Assembly: GCF_009914755.1 (NCBI RefSeq)
Contig: NC_060925.1
Length of the DNA stretch: 64,000 nt
Reading direction: 5' to 3' (one strand)
Source of the DNA: the human T2T-CHM13v2.0 reference genome, Homo sapiens
Shown here: positions 1-16,430 of the stretch, piece after piece
How positions within the stretch are numbered: the first letter of the stretch is position 1
Layout: every line of letters begins with the position of its first letter
Notes under the pieces: model-generated
The model's database searches: none
Told to the model about the DNA's origin: nothing
Seen by the model: only the letters and a program-made list of their open reading frames with translations
Made by a program: the position numbers and the translations under genes

Positions 1-41
1 CAGGGTACTGAGATTACAGGTGTGAGCCACTGCACCCAGCC
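1..41 (-). mobile_element. Alu 5' end (cut by window edge)
   Basis: gattacaggtgtgagccactgcacccagcc. Confidence 0.9.
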
Positions 42-685
42 TGTACTTTCCAAATTTTAAAAACAGGGACCCTCTTCACAATCAGCCCTGCTGGTAATCA
101 AAATGGTAACTCTGCTAATTAGAAAAACACTACCTTCCTCAAACCATTTTACTGTTGGAAAAATTTTCACCATAACCCAAGTGTATTTTGATATTTTGAT
201 TTTGATGTGAAGAGGCCCCCTAGAGTTGTGCAGAGAAGAATCTATACAGCATCAGCCTGCCTCTAACAGAGAAGACAGAAAATCCTGTTGCTGCTTTGGA
301 TGAAGTGGGTAAACATCCCTGAGTCTCACCCACCCAGCCTCTCTCTTGTCCCTCTGGCTGCCCTTTAGGCTCCTCAGAGGAGTCCCAGTGTGCTAGGAAC
401 ACAGCAGGAAAAATGTGGCACCCCAACCTGGTCTCCGCCAGACTGAGTCTAAGTAGTATTTGATGCTCCTATGAAGAAGACTGGCTGGTCATGTCCTGAA
501 GTGTCCTGAAGTGAGTTGGTCTCGTGATTCCACCTCCAAAGAAAACCAGTGAGACTTAGAGACTAGCCACAGTATATGGTAGCCTGGTCAGAGGGTGGAG
601 GGGAGGTCCTTGTAAGGGACAGCTAAGCCCTGACTGAGGACGAGAGGAGAAAAAAGACAAGTGCTTCTATAGATGCTCCTTATAA

Positions 686-1286
<601 letters not shown>

Positions 1287-1479
1287 TGTGGCTTTGACTC
1301 TGCTGATTTACCTCCCTCTAGTGGCTGCTGGCTCTTGGCAATAACACCTTTCATCATTACTGGGCCTCAAGTCCCCTGAATTTTCTGTCTCTGACCTCCT
1401 GTGTGACCAAGACATGACCTTAACTGCTGCAAAGATATAATACTGAAAGAGTCACCTCCCATCTCATATTGTTAGAGAG

Positions 1480-2500
1480 GACTTTTAACTGATTTAGCAA
1501 ACATCCCCAAAGACTGTTGGCAAGTAGATTGATGAGAGCAGGGAGGAAGGTCTCCAGTGGTCCCAGTCTGCATTTTAAACAGCTATTACAATGAAGGCAT
1601 AGGAGGCATATTTGTCACATTCATGAAGGATGCAAAGCCGAAAAGGAGGCCAGGAGCAGGTAACTGATCTGTTGAATGGTAGAGTCAAGACTCGCAAAAG
1701 CTCCTGTAGGCTATAAAAACAGACATCCACCAAAAGATGTTAGTAGGAATTTGTGAAATTATCCTTAAGTTTAAAAATGACTGCACATTAAAAGGAACAT
1801 GACTTAATTGCAGTTTTTAAAAAACGTTTTACAGGTTTCAGTTGACGGATGTAAAAGATAACTTGAGTTCATTGTGTGACATATCCTCCCATATTGCAAG
1901 TTTATATGGTATCAGTAAAGCCCCAGTGACCCAAACAAGGGTGGGGAAGGGCCCATTCTACTCTATGTGAGTGAGTCAGTCCAAACCTGAAATATCTTGC
2001 TCCATCCTGAGTACAAACTCCTAAAAAAAAAAAAAAAAAAATCCTGATAAATTCAAGTTTTGACCTAGAGGAAAGTAGCTAGAATAGTAAGGGAACATGA
2101 GAAGATGTTCAAATAATGTTTGAAGGACTCAAAATAGCCAGGAAAAGAAAAATATATATATTTCGGGAAGAATATGATAGCAATCTTGTTAAGGATTTTT
2201 GTATAAAAGCCCTGTTTCATACAATGTATCCATAGTTGACTTTATAATGTCAGAGCAGGAGTACTGGATGCTTGTTACAGAAATTTATACTTTTCCCTAA
2301 CATATGAAAAAAATTTTGAAGCACTAGAGTGATCCAAAAATGGAGTGAATTGTGTCTATGTGTCCATGTGAGCTAATGAGCTCCCTGTCACTGGAAGCAT
2401 TCAGCAGTGGCTGGATAACAGGTGTGACAGGTGATCCAGCATCAGGGATGTTGTAAAGGGAATTCTCAAGTTTAGGATGTGACTTATGATGCTTCCCAAC
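1480..2500 (+). mobile_element. Degenerate L3/CR1 LINE remnant
   Basis: 3'-end motif gagctccctgtcactggaagcattcagcagtggctggataac plus upstream CR1-like blocks. Confidence 0.55.
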
Positions 2501-2758
2501 ACCAAGATTCTATTTCTCTGTGATTCATTTATCTTAGCTTCTCATTCCTTTTCTGCTTTATCACCCTTCCCCCTGTTCTTGTATTTCTCCTCCCTCTGTT
2601 GCTCGGTTTGTGAGGAGAAAGTAGAAATGCACTCCAGTGTTTCAAATACAGGGCCAGTGGGGATTGTGATGTCTCCCATCTGTAATATGGGGTCAGTGAT
2701 GCTCAGCCCTCCTGTGTCTTGAGCCCGGTGAACTTCAGAGGCAAAGTAAACACCTTAA

Positions 2759-5683
<2,925 letters not shown>

Positions 5684-6240
5684 GCTGGGGAAAATCTGAG
5701 AACACTGAAAGAAACCACTCACGTTAGCATAGGGCTCAGGGCACACGTTGCCACCACTCATCGCAGGATGAGGATACAGAGAGGATCTTCCAGAGGGGCA
5801 GAGCCAAAATGAGAGGTACCAAGCATAAGGGCAGCAGAGGTGGAGTAGGGAGGAGGCAAGGAGGGGGAGAACCATCAATACGAATACGAGGTCCGAATGC
5901 GGACCAACTGATACCATTTTCTGTTGCTCAGCACCCTCTAAGCTTTGGTGTTTCACTTAATGTATTCGACAGTGTTCATCACAGGCTAGAGAGGTGAGCT
6001 TGGAAAAGCACTGTAGTTTGTCAGAGACTCCAGTTTACATCCAGAAAGGCCATGAACATAGGACACGCTTCTGTCTGTAGAGGCTTCATATGAGACCCAG
6101 AAAGTCTATCCTATGGCAAGTCTGACCTCTCCTGGCAATGCTCAGTTCTGATTTTTTTTTTTTAATGTTTTGAGTCTCCATTAAAAATGGTATGTTGGCA
6201 AATAGTTCTTCTTTATTCTGGTCATGTTTAACTTTTTGGA
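5684..6240 (+). other. STYXL2: STYXL2 3' UTR with candidate polyadenylation signal ATTAAA (6180-6185)
   Basis: Follows the stop codon; ATTAAA lies after a T-run and before U/GU-rich sequence. The exact cleavage site cannot be determined. Confidence 0.6.
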
Positions 6241-7391
6241 TATTAGAAGAAAACCACTTTAAAAGACACAAATGTATTATCCTGAGCCAGTCTCACCTTG
6301 TTTCACAAAAGCTGTGCCTCCAGACAATGCCATCATAGTCTCATTATAAAAAATAACAAACAAGTATTTGGCCTATGATACAATACAGCAGGAGATTACA
6401 CTTGGAAAGCCCTTGAGAGTAACAAAGGGAACTAGAGAAAGAGAGAATGAGTTTTATTGTGGTGAGAATGGCAAGATGTAAAGTAGAGAGAAGGCCTCTC
6501 TGGAAGGCAGAAAAACAAAAACAGAGCATGGTGAGAGAAGAAAATAAACCCAGTACAAGGAGATGGAGACATGTTTTTATAAAATCTAGTGGTCACCTTC
6601 GCTTCTTATTCCTAGGAGGATCACTGGGTAATGCAGTGGATAGTACACTTGATTCTTCTCTGTGCTCTGAGTGGGCTAAGTTGGTGAGAATGTTTTACCT
6701 TTGTTCCCAAGGCATTTCTTCCCCTAAAACGCAGGTTGAGTTGCCAAATCAGAGAGACACTTTGAGCACTTTACAACAGTGATTGACGGACTGGTTTCTA
6801 CAGTTCCTTTCAAGCTGCGGCACCTTGAAGGATTTGAAAACAACTTTGTGCTATGCAGGGGTCTGAGATGTCTTGATCAATCAAAAAATCCAATTCAGGT
6901 GACACAAATGGTGGTGAAATGATTAATGAGAGGGAAAAAGAGTAAGAAGTAATCCACCAATGAGACAAATAGTACGTGTTAATTGTGTGATCATTTTTTC
7001 CAAAAATGGAGTTTCATGGGACGTGGAGATTATGTAACCTTCCTATGTAGATTAGTTCAGCATCACATATTTCAAAGAACACAAAGATAAATATATCAAG
7101 GCAAACAGGAGCTGACTTGAACACAAACTCACAATGCCACATAGCTGCTGTTAAAGCAACTGAATTAATTTGCTTGCCTTCCCTCTATCACTTTAGCCCA
7201 CCATTCAGTTGCTGATGGTACTCATCTCTCCTTCACTGATTGAGCGGGGGAGAAGAGGACTTGGGAAAAAAAAATACTGCTCAGTCTTTGTCCCATTTAC
7301 CCCTTTTTCTTCATTTGTTCATCTTTAGTCAGTCTCAGCCCCTAGTTTCCAATGCTGGACGGGTCATTCCCACCACAGAAAATGGTGTTAT

Positions 7392-7516
7392 TAGCCTGGC
7401 ATGGTGCTGCGTGCCTATAGTCCCAGCTACTTGGGAGGCTGAGATAGGAGTATCACTTGAGCCCAGGAGTTTGATTCCAGCCTGGGCAACATAGCAGGAC
7501 CCCCATCTCTTTTTTA
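7392..7516 (+). mobile_element. Alu monomer (FLAM-like)
   Basis: Single Alu arm: tcccagctacttgggaggctgag...cagcctgggcaacatag. Confidence 0.85.
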
Positions 7517-8364
7517 AAAAGTGTTGTTCTAATACACCCCACAGCAAGAAGGCTGATTGTGGTCCATTTTACCTTCTGGATGAGCTCTCATTTCACTCCT
7601 ATAGAGAAGTTTCTGATATAGGCACAATTAATTGGGCATCTACTCTAGAAGGCTGACCTTCTGGAGAGAAGAATCGGAATATTCTTTGATGGGTCCCCTG
7701 TGCCCACCCATAAGGAGCCAATTAGCTCAGATCTCTATACATGTCTTTTTGTTTTTTCACTATAACTAACAAAATATATAAATTGATCTCACTCATGTCA
7801 AAGTAGACAAGAAATTAAAAAAAAAAACTATTCTTAGTAACTCTCAACCCATACCCCACTGAATAAGTGTTGAACGAACATTTCAAGCATATTGGTTTAA
7901 AGAGTCACCCCAGTTTTTCTCCATCCCTGGATGTGAGTCTGGGGAAACAGACCATGGAGACTGCCTAGTTTGCTTTTAGTTGAGCTCTTAGGCTAGAGGG
8001 GCAATAATGACCCCCATGGCCCACATATAGACCAGTTTGGCTCACCAGAGGAAACCAGATGTCTCACAGTAAAGCTCTCAAGAAATGCCTTTGCTTTCTG
8101 TGTCTCTAAAGATAGCTGCCTCGAGATCCTGTACTCAGGGAGGTGTCTGCCAGAGAATTCAGAATTCTTAATTTAACTTATTCCTGGAGTTTAGAGTGTA
8201 TTTTGGGAAATCACATCAATAGAAAGTGTATTGGATTTATCATGAACTTGAAGAAATATCTGAGATTTGAAGTGTTAGAATCCCAAGGGTGACTTCTGAA
8301 TTCTACCTAACCTAGCGTGTTAAGTTGCAAGCCAGTCTTCCAGCCTCCGAATGGCAATTAAAGA

Positions 8365-8770
8365 TATCTCAGTAAAAGTCCCCACAGGAAACAGATGGCA
8401 CACCCAAAGTGGTGACTGATAAGAATTTAATGCAGGGACCATTTACAGAGGCATAGGAAGGAACAAGGGAGCCAAAAAGAAATAGTAAAGCACCCGTGTA
8501 CTAGCAACATTGATACCACCCTAGCACTGAAGGGACAAAGGGACAAAGCTGTTTCCAGAGCCCAGCAAGAGTCATCACCATGGAGAATGCCACCTGACAA
8601 CCTGGCAGAGGAGTAGGGGGAATAAATACCCCAGTTTTTGCTCCTGGTTTTCTGTTCAATGCTAGTAACTTCCATGGACTAAACCTAACTGGAAGCAAGT
8701 GGGTAGGAGAGCAGAGTAGTCTGGAGAAGGACAATAAGTAGATCTGGAGGCAAACAGAAAACTACCAGCA
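8365..8770. mobile_element. Old ERVL-type solo LTR (LTR33/LTR41-like), copy 1
   Basis: caggaaacagatggcacacccaaa...tttaatgcagggaccatttacagagg; homologous to 9530-10020. Confidence 0.5.
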
Positions 8771-8897
8771 CAGAGGTCAATATGTTTAAATGGAGAGGCC
8801 ATCTCTGTAGGAGTTTTTCCATTGATGTCTGTCTTAAATGACCAGGAACACTATACAATGAACACAAAATCAACTCTCTCTTAAGAATTCATCAACA

Positions 8898-9188
8898 GGC
8901 CAGTTGCGGTGGCTCACACCTATAATCCCAGCACTTTGGGAGGCCAAGGTGGGCAGATCACCTGAGGTCGGGAGTTTGAGACCAGCCTGACCAACGTGGA
9001 GAAACCCCATCTCTACTAAAAATACAAAATTAGCTGGGCATGGTGGCATATGCCTGTAATCCCAGCTACTAGTGAGGCAAGAGAATCATGAACCCAGGAG
9101 GCGGAGGTTGCGGTGAGCCGAGATCATGCCATTGCACTCCAGCCTGGGCAACAAGAGTGAAACCCCATCTCAAAAAAAAAAAAAAAAA
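8898..9188 (+). mobile_element. AluS (Sp/Sq-like) with TSD aagaattcat(c/t)aa
   Basis: Full dimer, poly-A tail, flanking direct repeat. Confidence 0.95.
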
Positions 9189-9529
9189 GAATTCATTAAG
9201 AATTCAAATAGAGTTTCAGCTACATAAAACCAACTATCAGAGTCAATGATTTTGTTTTACAGAAAATAAAAAGAGGAAACTGACCTGAATTACTTGAGCC
9301 CACTCCCGAGTCACAGAAACAGTTCACTAGGAGAAATCTCCCACGTTATTCAGCACAGAGAATCATGCACTGAAAGGGGCCCTACAAGATGAAAATCCCG
9401 CTCTGACTCCTGAAGTGAGGGCTGGGTAAGAGAGGGGCAGAGAGAGGGAAAACAGATTTTTTTCTTCATCCAAAGTTAAGGCCCTGGAGGAAATGAGATA
9501 TGTGGGGGCTGTGAAGAAATAAGAAATAA

Positions 9530-10020
9530 GGTATCAGGCAGCATCCCAGCAGGAAGCAGAAGGCATGCCCAAATTAGGGTGATTCAAAGGGGGCGTTTTC
9601 TAAAGGAGCTGTTTACAAAGGAGTGGACATGGTACAACGTACAGGGTACAGGGACAGGGAAACCACCAGGCACAGTGCACACTCCAAGGCCAGGGGCCTC
9701 TCCTAGGTCTGGAGAGACAAGGGAGGAGCTGTTACTGGGCCCCTAGAGACACAGAGGGCTATGTGGAGGGGCTGTCTTAAGAGCTGAGACCTTGCGTCTA
9801 GGGAGCCAGCCTGATGCGACCCCATAGGAAAGGAGGCAGAGGACTTTAGCCCCTCTTACTCTGACCTCCGTCAACCTCCCCACAGGCCAAACCCAACCAA
9901 AACCCATAGGGAAGAGAGTTGGTGTGTGCGGTCCATTCTGTCAGCCCCATGGGGCCCCAGGGAGAGTGGGGAGAAGGGTGGATGTAGATCCGAAAGAGCA
10001 AACAGAAGATATACAACAAG
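9530..10020. mobile_element. Old ERVL-type solo LTR (LTR33/LTR41-like), copy 2
   Basis: cagcaggaagcagaaggcatgcccaaa...gtttacaaagg; diverged relative of 8365-8770. Confidence 0.5.
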
Positions 10021-13000
10021 GGCGAAATTTCAGGCTGGTGACATGTTGTTGGTGCTGAGTTATGAAGACCCTGCTTTTAGTATCTTGAATATTGCCAGAA
10101 GAGGAAATACTGATTTTTCTGGACTCTTAAAACTTATTTCTTGTGTCGTTTGGGAGAATTATCAACCAACGACAACTGAATAACTAGTAACCTGCCTTAA
10201 AGCATGCTACATAGAATTGCCTTTGTGTGAAGAATCTTGAATACAAATCTATACCTGTTCTTAGGAACATCTACACTTCGGAGTTCTGATCCAAGGCTCT
10301 TGCTTTAAAGCATCACCTATTTTGTGAACCCTGCAATAAGTCTTCCCTCAGCTCCACTTGCTCTGCAAGATGCCTGCCATCTGTCCCAGGTGCCACACAG
10401 AAACCACCTGCCCACCACCCTCCCACACACATACATGCACGAGTGAATTTCATGTAAAACCTGTATTTTAAGTCACACCATCCCCCAAAATACCTGCCAG
10501 ATGTAGTGTAAACCCATCCAGCCATTTTGCCTCATAGAGGTAATTAACAATATTCTATAATTTTAATCTCATAGGTTCCAAACACTTCAGCAATCATTTT
10601 CAGACACTGTGATCCTTACAGTGTCTGTAAGCAAGCTGTGCATATAGATCAGCCGATGCAGTAGCCAGGCCACACCACTGCCCGCCATTCAGTCCCCTGG
10701 ATCCTGAGTGGAAGTCCCTCAGAGCAGGGAGAAGACCCACTTGGATTAGCTTCATCTGTCTCTAGGTTCCTGAAGACAGAAGTTGGATTCACCTTTGGTG
10801 GCAACCAAGAAAGTTGCCTCAAACCAATCATTCGATTCCATTTAGCTCAGCTTGATAAATGTTTCTTGAATGCCAACCTTGCACTAGCACTGCACCAGGG
10901 TACTGTGCTATCAAGAGCGCATGCTACATGAAGTCATGGAAGGTGGAGACAATCTCAAGTTAGAGAAAGGCCCACTCCCTCATGAGAAAGAATTTTTGAA
11001 AAATTGTCTGAGTTAAAGAACCCTCAAGCTATCTGGGTCTGAATTTAATAGTGTGCCAAGTATATCAGAAGAGCATCAACCACTCACGCTTGAAACCTCA
11101 CAGTCGGGTTCGACACCTTCCTTTGCCTCTTGCCTGCACCTGGGCCAGGTAATTCTGCCCATTGCATTTGCTCTCTCCATTCTGTTATCACTACCACCTC
11201 CCCAAACCAGGTATCAGAGTGAAGCCCTCAAGAAATGCCTTTGCTTTCTGTGTCTCCAAAGATAGCTGCGTTGAAGCTCTTGGTGTAGCGCCTGGCACGT
11301 GGTAAACATTTAATATAAGTGTTGGTTGTTTTTCAATTGGATTACAAAGTTGTGTTCTCAACTACTTTACCACATTATGTCCAAAATAACTGACAAATAT
11401 TATAGAATTATATATAACAATGTACAATTACTGAATTCTGCTTAATGCTATGAACTGTCTAGGCACATTAAAATCATGTCTTATTTCTTTATAACCCCAC
11501 AATAATCCTGAGGGGTAGACATTCTTATCCTTATGCACCAAATTCCTATAATAAGAAGCAGACTGTGGCAAGCATGGATAGACATAAACAAAGTGCTGTG
11601 CGATATCAGAGGAGGGAGAGCCTCATGTGGCCAAGGTGGCTGGAAGAGGTTTATCAGAGGAGAAGCTCCTAGAAGAACCTTGGAGGGTAGGGGGATCTCA
11701 GCAGGGAGATTGTAGGTTGGGGTGGGGAAGCTGAGCCAGGGGGAAAAGCCTGAGCAAGGGCACAGAAGGGTGTTCCAAATGTGGTGCGGTTCACACATGG
11801 CCGGAAGGTGAGGTGCTCGAAGGGAGTAATGCGGTAGGGCTGGAAAGGGAGGGGAAAGTGGTCCTTGAATGCCAAGCGAAGAAGTTTAAGATTCATTTCA
11901 TAGGTAATAGGAAACTGTTAGAGTTTTTAGGCAGAGGAAAAAAGAACCAGAATTGGGAACTTGGGAAATTAATTTGGTCCTAGAGTAGATGCAAAGGAGG
12001 TGAAGCTGGAACTGGCTAACAAGGTTACTGCAGTAGCCAGGTGGTATATAAAGGAGACCTTGTTTCCCACATAGCCCTCTGTGTCTTTACTATATCTTTT
12101 TGGCTCCCTTGACCCTTCCTATGCCTCTGTAAATGATCCCTGCACTAAATTCTTATCAGTCACCACTTTGGGTGTGCTGTTTCCTTTTAAGCAGGAAAAA
12201 AAAAATCCTTTTTAAGCATAAATTCCTTTTTAAGCATAAGATGTGCTAAACACTGGGCTAGGCTCTGGGCATTCAACAGAAATCAAAACAAATCAAACTT
12301 TCCCTTAAGGAGCTAACACTTTTATTAAGGCAGATGGGCAGTAAACAAGTAATTTAGAATATTTGGAATATTATTTATTTGTTTTCGCCCTGACTGTCTA
12401 CTTCTCTGCCTCTCCCTACTAGAATGTAAGCTCCATGGGAGGAGTTGGTATTCATTGCTGTATCCCCTGCAACTAGAAACCAGGCCTGGTCTAAGCAGGA
12501 CTTGCAGCAAACATGTGCTCTTGTTCAAGACAATAAGTGCTCAGAAGGAGATTATCGGGTTAATCTGATAGATAACAATGGCAGATGGGGTGTGGCGTTA
12601 TTTAAGATAGGGCAATCAGGAAGACATCTCTAGGAGGAGGTAATATTTAAGCTAAAACCTGGAGAAGGAGAAGGAGCCAGCCAAGCAAGGACCCAGAGCC
12701 AACACTGGGAAACTGACAAGGACACTGAGGCTTAGGGAGGTGAAATCACAAATTAGCCAAGGCCATATGGCTACTCCATGTCAAAGCCAAAATTCAAACT
12801 GAGAGTCTGATTTCAGAGCCCATACACCTTACAGGGTAGGTAACATCTGGAAAGTGCTTAGGACAATGCCTGGCACGTAATAATTGCCCAGGAAGCTATC
12901 TTTTACATCCTCTACTGCATTTTAAGTTTTAAAATTATTCTTATTTTGAAAGCATGGAAGTATTGATTAGCTAATTAATCCAGCATGAATCATATTTAGG

Positions 13001-13848
13001 ACCCAAAGAAGCCAGTTCATTTCTGTCTAGTTTCAGAGTAATCTTTTTCCTTTTTAAAAAATTTCTCATGAGTGAGCAAGATGGTTAGGGTGTGATGGAA
13101 TCGAGAGTGGCACAGGATACTGGAGGTTGGAGGGAATTCCAAGCATCTTTGGGAGGTGCAAGAGTTTAGCCAGCTGCTTGGAAGAATAGCCCCTACTACA
13201 CCTACACTGACTGCTGGGCCAGAGTTACTGAAAGTGTCTCTCTCCAAGCCACAGGGATGCTGCGAGTGCTTCAGTACAGCCATTGTTGACAAATGTCCAT
13301 GCTCTGAAAGGCAAAGAAGAGGCTGGGGTGGGGCAGAAGGGAGGGAAAAAAAAAGCAGCTCCAAAGGCCATCATGGTAATAATTGGTCCTAGCCCTGCCC
13401 TGTGCCATGCCAGCTGCAACCAGCCTGCTGTGACCTCATTCACACGAAATGGCTAAGAGCTGTTCTGGGGGAACCAGACATTCCTCAAAGGAACACAGAG
13501 TAACTAAAACCCCTGTGGCAAGCAAAAGGGCAGACAGCATGCATGACTCACTGCCTTTGCAGGACACTGAGAACATGTGGCTTAAATGGATCTTTCTCTA
13601 ATTAACGTTTCTCAAACAAGAATGCAATGCAAATGAGCCCTTAAACAGGAAGACAAGGCAAGTGATTTCCTGCTCCCAGCCCTGGTGGTCCCTGAGAGGG
13701 GCGGAGCAAAAGGGGCCCCAGAATTCGACCACTTTTCTTGTTGGAATTCCATTTAGAAAGCTGATTGACCACCTCTGCTGAACAATACAGCAACTCTGCA
13801 AAGCATGTATTAATACCACCTTGTTACAGATGGGAAAACTCAGAGGGG

Positions 13849-14208
13849 TGCTATGGCTTGAATGTTTCTGTCCCCCCAGAATTCATATATCAAAACCTAA
13901 TCCCTAATGCCCTACTAAGAGGCGGGGTCTTTAGGAGAAAATTAGGTCCTGAGGGCTCCATCTTCATGAATGGATTAGTGCCCTTAGGAAAGAGACCCCA
14001 GGGATCTTGCTTTCTCTTCCTGCCATGTGAGGACACAGCAAGAAGGCACTATCTAAAAAGCAGAGAGCAAGCCCTTACCAGACACCAAATCTACTAGTGC
14101 CTTGATCTTGGACTTCCCAGCCTCTAGAACTGTGAGCAATACATTTCTATTGTTTATAAATTACACAGTCTATGGTAGTTTGTTATACAGCATGAATAGG
14201 CTAAGACA
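13849..14208 (+). mobile_element. MLT1A-type MaLR solo LTR inserted into a MIR
   Basis: TG...CA termini (tgctatggcttgaatg ... ctaagaca) with 5-bp TSD AGGGG; MIR core acagatgggaaaactcagagggg|ttaagtaa is split around it. Confidence 0.88.
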
Positions 14209-15001
14209 AGGGGTTAAGTAATATGCCCAGAATCACATAATAAGTAGGCAAGCAAGGATTTGAACCTAGCTATATCTGATTTTAAAGCCACTTTTTCTAC
14301 CACACCATTTTGCCTTAAAAAGATCTATGCCCAGGGAGAGATTAAAACTGCAATTGCAGAGAAATCTGGAATCAGAGTGCAGGGCTGCTGATGGATTGGC
14401 CATTCAGAAGATACAGTCCCTGAACAAAGCCTGTGCTCCAGTTGGTCTTCCTCCATCGTCTGTGTTAGCCGTCTCACTAATAAACAGTCCTGTGTGAAAG
14501 AGTGTCAGGAAGATGACAAGCAGGGAGCCCCCAGGGACTGCTCTTAAATAGGAGCTTTACTTAAAGGACGGGATGTTCAAAGAGGTTAAGATTTCTGTGT
14601 GCTCTCTCCTCCTGACTCCCAGGAGAGAAGCTTTCATTCCAGGGAGTCACAATATTTGTGCGTCTTTCAGACAGTGTTCTCTTTTTAAAGCTGCACAGTG
14701 CAGGTAGTTATGTAGCTCTCGATTTATTACAAAGGCTGCTGGTGTGGGGAGCAGGGAGGGGAATGGCAAAGAGCTGGAGGAGGGGAGTTTCAGCAGGCTT
14801 TTTCTGGGTCGAGGCAGGATCTGTTCCCAGATCTATTTTGGTGTGTGTGAGAGAGAGAGATATTAGGCAAATTACTTATCCCAACAGTGTCTCTCAAACA
14901 GAAGCAAAATTGCTGCCTATTAGAGAGCAATGGGGTCAGGATGAAAGAGGACTTCAGGCAAGGGCAAAATTTAGACAATTAGGTCTAAAAGTATACCTAT
15001 T

Positions 15002-15142
15002 AATTACTGTTATTAATATATTTTAACTGGTATCTTCTAATACCTACTATTAATATATTTTAATAGGTGTTTTCTAATAGATATTAGAAAATTTTAATAG
15101 GTATTAAGAAATACTTATTAAAATACATTAATGACAATAATT
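15002..15142. repeat. AT-rich imperfect palindrome
   Basis: Outer arms pair (aattactgttattaatatattttaa / ttaaaatacattaatgacaataatt); inner perfect hairpin ttttctaata-ga-tattagaaaa at 15070-15091. Confidence 0.8.
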
Positions 15143-16391
15143 TGAGATCTGCCATAAAAGATCTCCCTCATCAGCTTCATTTTTACTCTTTCTTTCATTC
15201 AACAAGTATTCATGGGGTACTTAATCATGGGACAAGAATTGTTCTAGTTGATGGAAATGCAATGTCTTCCCCTGAAGAGTTCCAACACAAGTCTAGTGAG
15301 TTTGCTAACAAAGAGAGACACTCGAAGCCCAGGGGCTACTTCGGCTTTAAATCCCAGTGTTACACTCAATCCTTTGAGTTAAAGCCTCAGCTGCGGTTAA
15401 AAAGTCTGTGAATTAGGGGTAACTCAGTGGCATGGATTAGCCAGGATCTCTTTGAAAAGAGGACACCCAGACAGTAAGTTTTGATGGAGGAATATCAAAA
15501 GGTCCAGGAGCCTGCAAGTTGTGTCAGAAGAATAACAAGGGCAAATATGGGGCTATTTGCAAATCAACACACAGACCTCCTTTCCTCCCTATTCAGTGCA
15601 GAGATGCAGTGAATTCCAAGACATAGCACAGCTCACTTGCCACGTACTGGCCCTCCACTACAAAAAAATTTTCTTTTTCTTAAATCCCATGTGCCAGCAG
15701 TTCAGTCAAGCTCATCAATGCTTTTTATTTAAAATGGTAGAGTTTCGGTAATAATGTTTACTGGACACAAAATATATTGGTTCTGATATTATTATAAACT
15801 GGATGATTTTTCAAAATTGCAACTACTATAATAAAATATTTTCACCCTCTCATAATAAACAATATGATCTAAGTACTCAAAACCCTGGCTTTGCAGGCCT
15901 GACCCTCAGTGAAATCTCAGCTTTAAGAACAAGCTCTGTTCGAAATCATGCTAGATGAATGTGAATGGGTTGGCCATCAGATCCTTACAGCACCTGCATT
16001 GTCTCAGATACACCTAGCCAAGCAAGTGGGATTTACTATGGAAGGCAAACAAACAGGACAGTTCAGTTCCATGGAGATCATTCAAAAGTTCTTTCCCTTT
16101 AGCCCCAAAATACTATTTCATTAACCTCTGCATCTGTCTGTGTAAGATGCCTGTCATGGTATGTTTGTTTCAGTGTGATAAAGTTAAGAAATAATCAAGA
16201 AAATCTTTACAATAAAATGGTATCACACATTATACTTTCATCTTTTTTGTTTTTAAGTATAATTATGTGCCTCTAAGTCTAAAGTTTTCAGAAATTCCTC
16301 TCTGACTTACTCTAGGACTCAGCTGCTTTGGTTGTAGCGCCAGCTTTCCCCGCTCTTTCTCCACAAACATCTCCCAGCTCATCTCCAACAG

Positions 16392-16430
16392 CCTGTGTTG
16401 GAAACACCCTGTGTTGGAAACACCCTGTGT
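16392..16430. repeat. 16-bp tandem duplication (ctgtgttggaaacacc x2.4)
   Basis: Read directly from the sequence. Confidence 0.9.

Noticed and set aside
8365-10020. Two related LTRs as ends of one provirus
   Set aside because: Too diverged from each other and no internal ERV sequence between them; more likely separate solo LTRs
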